64,000 nucleotides of DNA from the human T2T-CHM13v2.0 reference genome, Homo sapiens, in the NCBI RefSeq assembly GCF_009914755.1, contig NC_060926.1; one strand, written 5' to 3'. Below, one piece after another: positions 26,898 to 40,620 of this stretch (the stretch's first letter is position 1; the number at the start of each line of letters is the position of its first letter). A program made the translations under genes and the position numbers. The notes below the pieces were generated by a model. That model was not told where the DNA came from and did not search any database. It worked only from the letters and a program-made list of their open reading frames with translations.

Positions 26898-27419
26898 TTA
26901 TTGCAAATGGTTTTGATATTGCTTTTTTATTAAAAAGGCAATAATTTCTTTTTAAACTCAGGACTCTGGAAACAATCAAATTAGTCAAAATTATGTGGGT
27001 TACTATATCCTGTTTTGTAAAACTATCAACTGGAACAGAATTATATGTAATCACCTTGTAAATCTGGCAACTAAGAGGGGGAATTTCTAGTTTGCATTTG
27101 GCACCAGGCTCAGATTCAGCAACAATGCAGAAACTATTAAACCACATTTAACTTTGCCCCCTTCTCTTCAAACCTATCCTTTTATTCAATTCTACTGACC
27201 ACCCTGGTTTCTATGTGGTCTAAACAAACGGGGAACAACTTTTTACCCTGTCGTTATAGGAAAAAATGATATATCTTTGAGCAGGAAATCAGCAACCCAA
27301 AGTGGTGGCAGGATAATAATCCATCAGAGCTTTGGCCCTGTCACTGATGTTCCTTCAGGCCCATACATTCCTCCTACTTGGGCGTGTGGTAGTGTCACCA
27401 GTGTGACAGTCTCCAGCTA

Positions 27420-27870
<451 letters not shown>

Positions 27871-28530
27871 GAAACAGGGAACACAGAACAATAAAGTTGC
27901 AAGCAACATTCAGGTCTTGATGTGCTAGTAGAGTTGGGATTAAAAAGCAATTATAGCTTTTTGTACAGAGAAGTGACATTTATACAACTACAAGTTTTTT
28001 GGTAGATTCCAGTTTTTCTTACTTGTGTATTTATTCCCATACTCTTCCTTACTCCTTACCTTTTTTTTCTCTCTTAAAAAGCTCTCATAAGGTGACACTA
28101 GCGAAACGGCAGATTCAGGACCTCTGAAAATTCTCTCTTCTGTAAAAGCAATGAGAAAACTGGCAAAAATGGTCAGAATTTATGTTTTCCAAACTCTGGA
28201 AATTAATGAAGCCCTTTCAGAAATTTGGAAAGTATTTATTGGAGCAAAACAGCAGAATCATGGTAGCAACAGTGAGCTTTGTGGCATTTTAAACTTGTTC
28301 TATTCCCATCCCCACTGCTGATCTCAATGGTAACCTTGAAAACTAGCCATCCATATTCAAAGTGAAAACCAACAGCATGGCAGCCACTGGAGGGGGAAAA
28401 AGACAATTGGAGCACCTTCAAAATCCCATTCTCAAAGATCTGTCATTATTTGACTTGTCAGGTAATTCTCTAGGGATGCCTATTTGCAAGATTATCTTTA
28501 TTTCACCTGATTCAGAGCTTCACCAGGCTC

Positions 28531-28584
28531 TTCTCTTGTACAGAGAATAGTCTTTTCTCTTGTACAGAGAATAGTCTTTTCTCT
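28531..28584. repeat. Perfect 24-bp tandem duplication
   Basis: ttctcttgtacagagaatagtctt x2 plus ttctct. Confidence 0.95.
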
Positions 28585-29632
28585 GGAGATTCTGTAGAAA
28601 ACACAGGAATTGTTAACACTGTGGATGCATAGTCATGAATAACAGTTGGAATGAACAACAAGCTAACCAAAATGCTTAAAAAAATGGGGAAGTGGGGGAA
28701 TCAGAAGTCCATAGGGGCTTTGATAAGTCCTTCTAATCCATAAAACCATGGTCGTACATTCTCAGAAAAAAGCTCAGAAAGGCCCTAAGCTCTCACCTTG
28801 GGGCTCACACAAGCAGGAAGTGAAGGCCCAGTCAGAGTTCTCAATTGCCTGGCTGAATGATGATGGCATATTCCAACATTCACATAGAGCCCCTTGCCAG
28901 AGATTAGGAGACTCATTGGTTCTAGGCATTGAAGAAAATCTCTGTTCAATTACTGGCTAATCATTATCCTAACTGAATACAGATTTCAGTGACCACACAT
29001 GAAAAGGAACACAGACTTACAGAATTTATTAAATAAACAAAAACAACAGCAATAAACCCTGGGGAATTTGCTGGAGAAGAGGAAGATTCTGATTTCCAGA
29101 GTTCTCACATTATTGAAAATGCCAAATTTTAACAAAAACTTATGAGACACTTGAAGAAACAAGAAATTTGGCCTATGCATATTTTTTATAAAGCCTTCAA
29201 TAACAAATGCCCCTTAGGAACCCTAAATATTGGAATAATTAGACAAAAATTTTATGCTATTTTAAATATGTTCACAGAATTTTTAAAAATGTTTAAAGTA
29301 ATACAGGAAAATATGAGAATGCCTCATCTTGAAGGAACATTTTACTGGATGTAGAATACTTGGTTAGCAGTCTTTTCTTTCAGCATTTTGAATATATCAT
29401 CTCTCTGCCTTCTGACCTCCATGATTTCTTATGAGAAATCACCTGTTAATCTTGTAGAGGATTCCTTGCATGAGATGAGTCATGGCCTTCTTGCTTCTTT
29501 GAAGAATCCCTCTTCGTCTTTTTCTTTTGAAAGTTTGATTATAATGTGTCGAGGTATGTATCTCCTTAGAGTTTATTGAGCTCCTTGGATGTGTAGATTA
29601 ATGTCTTTTATTAGATTTGGATAAATTTCAGC

Positions 29633-29638
29633 CTTTTT

Positions 29639-29685
<47 letters not shown>
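29633..29685. repeat. Poly-T/(TTTTC) tract
   Basis: Direct read; lies inside the inverted L1 segment. Confidence 0.9.
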
Positions 29686-29687
<2 letters not shown>

Positions 29688-32600
29688 CCTTCTGGCTGGG
29701 ACTATCTTTATGCATATGTTGGTATACTTGATGATATTTCACAGGTTTCTGGGGTTATATTAATTTTTATTCATTCTTTTTTATTCTGTCCTTCAGACAG
29801 AATAATCTCAGTTGGCCTGTCTTTAAGTTCACTGATTCTTTCTTCTGCCTACTCAAATCTGGTGTTGACCCCTTCCGGTAGATTTTTCATTTCAATTATT
29901 ATACTTTTCAATTCCAGAGTATCTATTCAGTTCATTTAAAAAATAATATCTATCTATTGGTTTTCTCTATTTGTAAAAAAGAAGTAGACAATATGAATAC
30001 ATCTATAACAAGTAAAGAGATTGAATCGGTAATTAAAAACCTCCCACAAAAACACCTAGGACCAGATTACTTTGCTGATGAAAGCTACCAAACCATTAAA
30101 AAACACCAATCCTTTGCAAATTCTTTCAAAAAATGTAAAAGAACGAATGCAACCAAACTCATTGTAGGAGATCAGTTTTGCCCTGATACCAAAACCAGGC
30201 AAGGACAACACACACAAAAAAACAACTACAAACTAATATTCTTCACAAATATTTACCAAAAAAAAAATCCTCAACAAAATACTATCAAACCAAATTCAGC
30301 AACATAGAAAAAGTATTTTACACTATAGCAATGTGTAATTTGTCCCAGAATGTAAGGTCAATTTAGCACCTGAAAATCAATCAGTATAATATACTGTATT
30401 AATAGAATAAAAGGCAAAACCTCATGATTACCTCAATAAACACAGAAAAAGCATTTTGACAAAATCCAACATTCTTTTCTGATAAAACACTGAACCAACT
30501 AAAAAGTAAAGGAGAACTTCCTCAATCTGATGAAGTATATCTATTTATTTAAAAACCCACACCTAACATCATACTTAATAATAAAAGACAGAAAGGTTTC
30601 CTCCTAAAATCAGAAACAAGATAAGAATATCTGTTCTTACCACTTCTATTCAATATTGTACTGGGACATTATAGCCAGGGCAATTAGGTAAGAATAAGAA
30701 ATAAAAAGCATCCATATTGGAAAGGAAGCAAAACCCTCTTATTTGCAGATGACATGATCTTGTGCATATAAAACCAAAATTCATCCACTGAAAAAACCAT
30801 TAAAGATAATAAACAAGTTGGCAAGATGACAAAATACGAGATTAATATACAATAACCAGTTATATATCTATACACTAGCAATAAACAATATGAAAATGAA
30901 ACTCAAAAACCAATTCCGTTTACAATAGCGTCAAAAAAATAAAATATTTAATACTTTAAAAACAAGGCTTACACACTGAAAACTATAAAACATCACTGAA
31001 TGAAATTTTAAAAGACTTAAATAAAATAGATTTTTCATATTTATGGATTGGAAGACCTAATATTGTTAAGGTGGCACTACTCTTCAAAGTGATCTACAGA
31101 TTCAATATAACCCGTCAAAATCCCTGCTGCCTTTTTTCCAGAACTTGACAGGCTGACGCTAAAATTCCAATGAAAATATAAAGGAAGCAGAATAGCTAAA
31201 ACAATTTTGAAAAAAGAACTAAGCTAGAGGTCACACATGTCCCAGTTGCAAAGTTTATCCTAAAACTACATTAATCAAGATTATATGGGACTGGTATGAA
31301 GATATACATACATACATCAGTAGAATCAAAATAAAAGCCAGATATGTATAGTCAGTTGATTTTTTACATGGATGCCATGACAACTTAATGCAGAAAGGAT
31401 AGTCTTTCAAGAAATTTGGCTGCGACAACTGAATATCCAGTTGCAAATGATAGAAATTGGACCCTTTCTTCATTTCCTAGTAAAAAAAAAAAATTAACTC
31501 AAAATGAATCATATTAATGGCTAACTATAAGAGCTAAAACTATGACTCTTGGAATTAAACATAGGTGTATATCTTAATGACCTTGAATTAGGCAATGTTT
31601 TCTTATGAATGACAAGTAAAGCACAAGCAACTTTATAAAGAATAAATAGATAAATTGGACTTCATCAACAATGAAAATGTTCGTGTTTTACGTACACTGT
31701 CAAAAAAATGAAAAGGCAATTCACAGAATGGGAGAAATATTTGCAAATCATCTACCAGATATATTCTAGCATCCAGTATATAAAACTATTACATGCAACT
31801 ATTTAAATAAAAGAAACAAAACCACACTAATAAAAAAAGGGAAAAGATTTGAATAGACGTTTCTCCAGAGATCTGCAAATGGCTAAGAAGCACAGTAAAA
31901 GAAGCTCAACATCATTAGCTTTCAGGGAAAAACAAATCAAAACTATGAGATAACATTTCACATCCACTGGCAGGGTGGTCATCAGGAAGTAGGGCAATAA
32001 CAAGTAATGTCAAAGACGTGGATAAACTAGAACCCTCATACTTTAGCTGGTGGGAATGTAAAATTATTCAGCCACTTTGGAAAACAGTTTGATTGTTAAG
32101 TTAAACATGAAATTATCAATTGACCCAGGAATTCCATTCTAAGAAAATTGAAAACATATATCCTTATAAAAACATGTACACAAATGTTTATAGCAACTCT
32201 GTTTATAATAGTCAAATGATGGAAGCAACCTAAATGTTCATAACCTAATGAATTCTTATGCAAAATGTGACATATTCACACAATGAAATATTATTCACCC
32301 ATAAGAATGAAGAAAGTACTGACTTATGTTATAGTGTAGGTGAACCTTCAAAACATTATGCTAAGTGAAAGAAACCAGATGCAAAAGGCCACATATTATT
32401 CCATGTGTATAACACATCTCAAAATGGCAAATCTATATAGAGACAGAAAATTAATCAATGGTTGCCAGGCACTGGAGGGGGGAAGTGGGAAGGGACCGCT
32501 GATAGGTTTGGGGTTTCTTACTGAGCTGATAAAAATATTTTAGAAATAGATAATGATAATAGGTGCACAGTCTTGTGAATATATGAATAACAACTGAATT

Positions 32601-32939
32601 GTACACTTTAAAATAGTGAATTGTATCATGTGAATTATATATTAATTTTAAAAATTCTCTCATTATCTCCATCCACCCACCCCACCCTAATGGTCATAGT
32701 TATAGTTATTGATAAGGAATGGTGCTACATGGTCAAAGAAGAGATGTTTTCAACTTCTTTTTCAACCATATTAAGCCTTTAAGTAGACTGTGTACAGAGG
32801 AAAATCTTATTGCACCTTCTCCCAGCTCTCAACACACCAACATTTTATACAAATAAAATCAAGTTATTAATACCACAGATAAGCTAGAAGAGAAAATAAA
32901 TTTTAAAAAGGCAAGACATGATGTTGTGTGTGAAAAGAA

Positions 32940-33200
32940 CTTGAATCTTCCTGAAAACAAGGCTGATGATGTCCTTCCCGCTTTGAGAACCTCCGTGGGC
33001 TCCCATTACCTTTACAAAACAGCCCACATTTCTTTTTAGGACCTGCAAAACTTTACATTTCTAGCCTAATTTCCTAGAATCATACATGCACTCTTTAAAC
33101 CCTACTCACATTAAATCTCTGTATTTTCTGAACATACTAAGATTTTTTTTTATGATTCAAAACCTTTAAATACACTTTTACCTCCAACCAGAAAGTAAGA
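32940..33200 (+). mobile_element. L2 fragment
   Basis: aatcttcctgaaaacaaggctgatgatgtcc...aacctccgtgggctcccattacc. Confidence 0.55.
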
Positions 33201-36200
33201 TTCTTTGCTTGAATTTCCTTAGAATAATTTTATATAGGTTTATCTTTTTGAAAACAGAAATTAATGGCTCAGTGGCTACTACATATAACTCAACCAATGA
33301 ATTTGTATGTCTGTTTCTTTTGACAAACATCATCTTTATAGACTATTTCAGACATATAATGTCATCATTCTGTATATTGTGTTAGGAAAAATTATCAAAA
33401 ACTTAGGACTAAGGCAAAAAGAAGTCTGCATGTCCTTTCAATGTCACACTGGAATATCGTCCAGGAGATCACTCACGGATTAATCATCTAGGGGAATGGA
33501 ACTTTGGTTGTTTGATTATTAACTCCTAATTAAAGCCTAGACTGTGAAGTTTCATCTTACTTTGTAGATTTTTATTTTGAAGAGATGCAAATGAACACTT
33601 TTTGGCTAAAAAAAAAAAAATTAAAACACAAATATTATTGTTTTATTGACTATAGATTATTATGCTGTTGTGTATTTAATCCAGCAATTTTATTCTGACT
33701 TTCTTTCATCATTTTCTATAAGCATTCAGTTCCCCAAATACTCTTTGAAGCAATTTTATCATCCTGGTTGTTCCCTCATTAGTGAGTTGAATAAATCTTT
33801 GACTTGTTCTTATTCTGTATTCATATATGAGTTATGTCATTGCATTTTATGGCAATTTTACATTATGTACTAAATTAAGTTGCCCAGTTTTCAAAAATCT
33901 TCCTAAGAGTTGTACCATAATTAATTTTTCTCAACTCTATAGTATTTTCCACAAAAAAACTATACTGAAATTAAAAAGAAGATTCATACATTTCAAAACA
34001 ACTGCTTTCTCCTGGCGCAATGCATTAAGTGTAAGTGATGAGCAGAGAGCCTCCTAGGCATGTACCCCTTCCTGCATCTGTTTCTTCAGAAAGATGTAAA
34101 TGCAATGTCCTATTTTTACCCACAAACAAGTCCACGATGAGATATTATTTATGAAATGGTGAAATAAATAACCTCAATTTAACTGATGTAATAGCAAATG
34201 TGATTAATGGAATCCATGCAAAAGTTTGACTTATTTATTTGCCTTAATTGAATGCCTAATCATGACTCACAGATGTTAGAGTTAGGTTTTTTTTTTTTAA
34301 TATGGGCATAAAATATGCAAACTTTTTGTCTAGTCCAGCTTCTTTTGGAGACTTAAATTAATATTCATTTTGCGATCCACTTCAATTGTACTGTTTCCTC
34401 AAACCTTGCCCAACAAATGTTAACAAAAATGTTTTTCAATGAAATCTACTCACTAATATAAAAAAAACCCAGAAAACAATAAACCAAAAAAAGTAGCTTG
34501 AAGTTTTACTATATTCATTTATAATGATTACTCAGAAAAACAGTATTAAAAACAAATTAATATGTGCCCAAAAGGGATAAAAGCTTCACAAATGTGTTTA
34601 TAATCTAAAAGAAGATGACAGACACAATGTATGTGAGTTTTAAGAAAAGGAAAAGAAAGAAAAAGAAAATTGCCATCAGATTTATTTAAGGTATGAGGCA
34701 TCAAGGTAACTCTAGGGCCAGGTAGACTCAAATTCAAGATATTCTAGTCTTCGGCTTATTATCTTTGGTGCAGTAACTACAAACTTATTCCTGGTGCTAT
34801 GTTTATTTGTTAAAATTCTTCTGTTTTATGAATTACCTGGATTTTTAACTTCTTATTTTCTATCATATTTATCTAAAACACCAATAATATCCTGCCTCCT
34901 AAGTTTTTCTTTGAGTTCTGCTGCTTTTCTTATATATTTTATGTAAGAATAAAACTCTGAATTAAATAAATACATTTAAAATGGAAACTTAAAATTCCCT
35001 ACAGAAAAAAATGCTATTTTAATAAAAATATAAATAATGTGTCAAAGAAAAATTCTATTTTAAGTTAATTTGCATCCTTTGGATATTGGGAAACTGATCT
35101 TTGGTTTCAGCTTTAATTCTTACAGGAAGCAAATGACTATATTTATATAACATTTTTCAATATGCTTAATTGCTCCAGTTGGAGATTCTTGTATTTCACT
35201 AATGAATTACTTTTCTATTGTGAAGAAATGTCTCTCTCAAAGGACAATCATTTGTTACACCTGAGCCTTCCTGGTCCCAGTTGTGCCACATGCTGCTTAA
35301 TAATTTGCAATGATTTAGGAAGATTGCCATAACCACTCAATTACGTAAACAACAGCTTTGGATGCAATCTATATAGCATGAGACACATCCTTAGCCCACA
35401 TTTAGAACTGTCTTGTTAATTATATAGAATCCAGCAACCACTAGGTTCTGAGTATTTCACAGACAGCAGGTAACCTGTCCTAGAGGACTAAAAGTAGATG
35501 CTCATTTTCTTTGGCCTGTCTAGGCAGCTGCAGCATAACCATACAGTGGAATATAGCAGTGGGAAAAAAGAAGTCAACTAAGGTTTAGGAAACCTGATTT
35601 CTAATTCTGGCTCTATTGCTTTTTAGGTTTTGACTCTCAGGTAATGATATTCTCTGACCTTCAGTATTCTTCCCTTCATAGAATGTGTGCTACAGCTGAT
35701 AGTTTCTTAGACATTTGCCTAATCAATGGCCCATTTCTACGTAACCTAAATTAAAGGTTTAAGATATTTTGCAAATTGTACCAAAATGTTTATAAAAAGT
35801 CTTAGTAACTTATTTTTATGCAGCATTCTGAAACAACAAGATGAAAAATCAGTCAATCACTGTAAGACAGGGTAGCTCATTTAAAATTGTGATTGTCAAA
35901 AATGTTAATTACTTCTGGGCCAATGAGATAGAATTGCTAGGCAATTTACTTTAAGTAACATAGCTTTGTGGCCAGAATTAACCTTTCTATAAGGAAAAGA
36001 GACACATGTCCATGTGTCCAGGTAATGAAATTTGAAGGCCAGGTAATATGAGTGAGTTCTGAAAATAAGTTTTACTGAATTCGCAATTATACCTTGGACA
36101 GGTCCTACACAATTAAGGTGTAAAATATAAACCCCTTCTGGTTATACTTTAGACTGTTGAAAATAAGTACAGTGTATTAAAAATATATAGTTATCTAAAT

Positions 36201-36809
36201 AAATGAATTATCTTGGTACATAAATAAAACATTCAGATTTAAAGTAAATCCTTTTAGCTTCATTTATTTATCATATCATTTCACTAATAATCTACTTGTG
36301 AAATTCAGTGTTATCTTCATATCAAATTTTTTGCCCTTCATAAGTAAATGAGTATTAATTTACAAAGACTAAAATGTCTAGGGAAATATGACTATACAAT
36401 CCTCTTTACCTAGTACCTAGTATAGTGCAATAGAAATTTGAAATGTTTCCCGATGCTACTCTGCACAGTGCAAAGATCATAAATTTTGGGGTATATCTAG
36501 TTTTGTTCTCAGATAATTTCCGATGGTTACTGGGTAATCCATTTAGACTTTCTAGGATGCTTTTCCCCATGTGTAAAAACAGGCATAATAATATTATCCA
36601 TGACCTTTTCAATGTGTAATAATATGACTCATTCATTTTCAGGATAGTATGTGTCTATGCACATTCATTCAAGTAAATTACTATTCCTATGTCTATATTC
36701 ATCCCTTAAGAACAAGAAGGGCATTTGCTAATTTGTTCAGTAATAGGAAGGGGAATGTAGGAAGAGTGGAAGAACAAAACACCATTTTGCAATTTTTCAG
36801 CAGGAACAC

Positions 36810-37192
36810 TGTTTCGTGATATCTGGATTGCAACGAGAGGACTAGAAGTCAAGGGGCTAGAATTATCTGAAGGGTCACTCTCGTATGTCTAGAGTTTAAT
36901 CCTAGCCATCAGTTGGAGGCCAAACTTCTTCACAAGATGGCTGGGCATCAAGAGCAAATAGACAGAGAGAGAGGGGCTATGTATGTGCACAGTAGATGAA
37001 GCTATATTGCGTTTTATTACTTAGACTTCTGCTACATTCTATGAGTAGAAGCAGTTATAAAGGTCACCTAGGTTCAAAGGGAGGGGACATGGATCCCATC
37101 TCTCAATGGAGGAGTGTTGATGTCACGTTGTAAGAAAAACATGTGGCATGGGTTATATATTGCTACCATCTTCGCAAAACAATATCTGCTCA
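36810..37192 (-). mobile_element. MaLR LTR fragment (MLT1G/H-like)
   Basis: cttctgctacattctat...cacctaggttcaaagggaggggacatggatcccatctctcaatggaggagtg...ccatcttcgcaaaacaatatctgc. Confidence 0.65.
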
Positions 37193-37199
37193 AGCCAGT

Positions 37200-37975
37200 A
37201 TAAGGGCTTTTAATTTATATCACCAAAGTGAACTTCAGTAATAGTATAAGATTTGATTTATATCTTTCCCTGTCTAATGATAGGAAAAATTGTATTTCAC
37301 TGTTGTTTCTTTTTATAATTAAATATACCAAACATTGTTTCACAAGTTATTTGCCACTTATATTTTTTCATGATTAAAAAAATTATTTGACATAATCAGT
37401 ATGCTCCTGTGGGTATTCACCTGCTTAATAACAGTTTATAAAACATCTTCAAATATTACACTAAGGAAACAACAGTTTCTCAGTTTTGTTGAAAATATTT
37501 CCCCTGGTGTGCCATTTTATTTTCACTTTGTTTTATTGCATTATTTATTGTTTATAAACTTTTTAATATGGTTCCTATATTATATACCATGCTTATGATG
37601 TGTTCCTCATCCCAGGATTATAAAAATAATTTTTACTTGTATGCTAACTTTGTTCTTTATAAATTATATCAAAATAAATTCTATATAAATTAAATATAAG
37701 ATCTAACATTTTTCAGGCTTTTAACTGTTCAGCTTCATTTGTTGAAGTAATCAAAATAACAACTAGTTTTAAAAATAGTAGTATCCAAAGAAAACAGACA
37801 TTATCTGTTGAATAAGCTTATACCTCCTCTACCAGTTAGAAATATTAAAATTATATATTGATTCATATATATACTTGAGTCTCTTTCTGGATGCTTTATC
37901 ATGGATCTCTCCCGTAATTCACTATCACTTTTTTAAATCATTACAGTATAAAAGTACATTTTAATATCTTAAAAG
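37200..37975 (-). mobile_element. Ancient L1 (L1ME-type) fragments
   Basis: AT-rich antisense L1-like motifs (tctaatgataggaaaaattgtatttcactgttg; ccaggattataaaaat; acattttaatatct). Confidence 0.45.
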
Positions 37976-38034
37976 CCCCCCTCTGAACGTGGTTTGTAAT
38001 TCATGAAGAGCTTTTCAATAATCAGTGCCCAACC

Positions 38035-38260
38035 TACTTCCTCCCTGATGATCTCATTCAGGCTCATGTCCATAGCAACAACTTCCTATTTATATCTCCA
38101 GGCCACATCTCTCCTGTGAGCCTTAAACTCTATTACCCACTGGAAGGTTGAACATGTCTCTGTTTCAACTGGTCAAAACTGAGCCCTTGAATATTTTTCC
38201 CAAGTCTCCTCCTCCTCCAGTCTTCTTTATTCAAATAAAGGGCACTATACCAGCTAATCA
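38035..38260 (+). mobile_element. L2 fragment
   Basis: tgatctcattcaggctcatg...tatatctccaggccacatctctcctgtgagc...tcaaaactgagc. Confidence 0.6.
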
Positions 38261-38354
38261 GATACCAAAATGAAAGTGAAAGTTAACATCATTGTAGCCA
38301 ATCTTTACATGAGAGTAAAAATGGTTAAATTCTTGTAATAGAAAATTAAAATGG

Positions 38355-38699
<345 letters not shown>

Positions 38700-39180
38700 T
38701 TACATCTGCACTGCATCTATGATGTCAAAATCGGTACCTGGTTTAGCATGTGAACAAGGAGTGCTAAAAAAAAAAAAAAAAAAAAGTTAAGGACCATTGA
38801 TCCTGTGGAGCATTTCAAAAATTTATTTTTTTATTTATAGCAGGGGGTATGTGTCTTCAGCCTCTTTCTCAAAGTTATTGTGGTTTCCTGCTAGTTTGGG
38901 GGTGTTAACAATGCTATTAAGTCTGCCCATGAGTGTACTATTACACTTCTACATGTCTCATAAACAGCATTTTTTTCTTGAGAATATTTTATGTATTTTC
39001 CCATATATTTTTTAAAATCTAAATATGTAGTTGTGATTTCTAAGAAGTAAATGCAAATATTAATAATCATATATTAAAATAAGATTAACTTCTAATTTTT
39101 ACTATTGTTAGACTGATGGTTTAAAATATAGCAACTTAATAAAATGTAAAATCAATAAAATAATATAAGGTGATTTTCAG

Positions 39181-39248
39181 AAAAACCTTAGCTGTATGTG
39201 GAACAAATTATGTAAAAAACCTTAGCTGTATGTGGAACAAATTATGTA
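39181..39248. repeat. Perfect 34-bp tandem duplication
   Basis: aaaaaccttagctgtatgtggaacaaattatgta x2. Confidence 0.97.
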
Positions 39249-39269
39249 ATTGCATCACCACATTGCTCT

Positions 39270-39726
39270 ATACCCAGCAGGAGGACTTATATAGACTGCA
39301 CCATCTGATCTTCCTTGCACTTTTACTTCCAGTTGGTTTCATTCAATGACAGGGACCAGGTAGATATCAGAGAGCAGAAGTGGAGAGAGACACACAGACA
39401 GAGAGACAAACAGATAGATGTGTGTCTCTAACCCTACTACCACTGCTGGCAAGTTTTGATATTGAGTACATTGAACAATCTTAGCTCTGTTAGTTGGTCC
39501 ATTTCCTGCTACCTAACTGTCGTCTGGCTGTAACATTGCCATACCTTCACCCCTGCAGGTCTTGAGGGGGTAAAAGCTTTTCACAGTTGCTACCCTGAGC
39601 TGCTTCACCATTCTTTGCTGGTTTCCACAATCCTGCCACCCTCCGTAAATGTTCTCTTCATTAAAATGTCTCCCATCACTTCTGTGAGAAAGCCTTATGT
39701 TTCCTGCCCTGACCTTGACTGATACA
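39270..39726 (+). mobile_element. ERVL LTR33-like solo LTR
   Basis: cttccagttggtttc...cagttgctaccctgagctgcttcacc...ttcattaaa...tgtttcctgccctgaccttgactgataca. Confidence 0.75.
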
Positions 39727-40499
39727 GGCTCCAACTTTGGTTCTTCTTCAGTTGTACTCATAAAGGGAAACAGTATAGCTCATGAACTCTACCATGACGG
39801 TCCCTACAAAGCTTTTCATAATCATTTACTACTCGTATTATTTTATAATTTCAGTTCAATTCAAACTTCCTTTGGGTGGTTTTCAATAAACCAACCACTA
39901 AGCAAATACTAGGATGATAAAGAGGAAGATAAGACAGAGTACGTTCCTCAAGAAGCTTGGTTTTTTCAGCAGACAATTCATAAACACTTGAAAAAGTTAA
40001 ACAAGCTTATGTATGACAAAACGTTACAAATGAACACTAACAGACCATAAATATAATTTGAAACTAGAGAAGAAAACAATGACATAGTCTAACAGGAAAG
40101 GCTTTGTTGAGGAGGTGGGACTTTAATTGGATCTTGGGGGATAGAGATTCTTCAGTGTGATTCCACCATTGAATATTTCTTATCTTTTTTGTCACACAAA
40201 GAGTAATGTTTTTTTTCATTTAGATCCCTCTTTCAATGTCCTAGAGCCATTTATGGGCCACTTGAAATAGTGTCTACACATGACAGATAAATTGTTTTTC
40301 TTGCCTGACCTACCCTGAGTCAGGATAGGCTTTGAGAAGCGTAACAATTCCTTTGCTTATCCATCTGATGCACATTGTGCCACACTGTGTCAGGTATCAG
40401 GAAGATTTGCATGAGAAGGAGTCCAGAGAAGTTCTAGATGATCACTTTTGGATTTGCCAAAAGTGACCCAAAAAGACTCCATGGGGCAAGCAATAACCC

Positions 40500-40620
40500 A
40501 GGCTCTGAGGTCGCTGGATCTGTATCTAATTTCCAACTCCTCCAGCTACTGGTCATGTGATCTTGAGAAAATTACTTAATCTTTGTTGTCTCAGTTTCCT
40601 CTTTTATAAAATTGTGGTTT
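40500..40620 (+). mobile_element. MIR core
   Basis: tgtgatcttgagaaaattacttaatctttgttgtctcagtttcctcttttataaaat. Confidence 0.7.

Larger units (their letters stand above)
28089..32647 (+). mobile_element. Originally full-length L1MB7/8-like LINE with internal inversion and large deletion
   Basis: 5'UTR and ORF1 start (+) to ~29322; antisense ORF1 at 29322-29972; ORF2 RT region resumes (+) at ~29973 (ITSKEIESVIKNLP..GPD; tttgcagatgacatg = FADDM); L1MB-type 3'UTR; TSD-like ttaaaaagctctcat (28074-28088) / ttaaaaattctctcat (32648-32663). Confidence 0.85.

Noticed and set aside
33240-34670. Possible retrocopied 3'UTR or orphan transduction ending in an A-rich tract
   Set aside because: No TSD found and no poly-A signal at the expected distance; needs BLAT to test
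39181-39248. 34-bp direct repeats as a CRISPR-like array
   Set aside because: Only two abutting copies, no spacers, eukaryotic context
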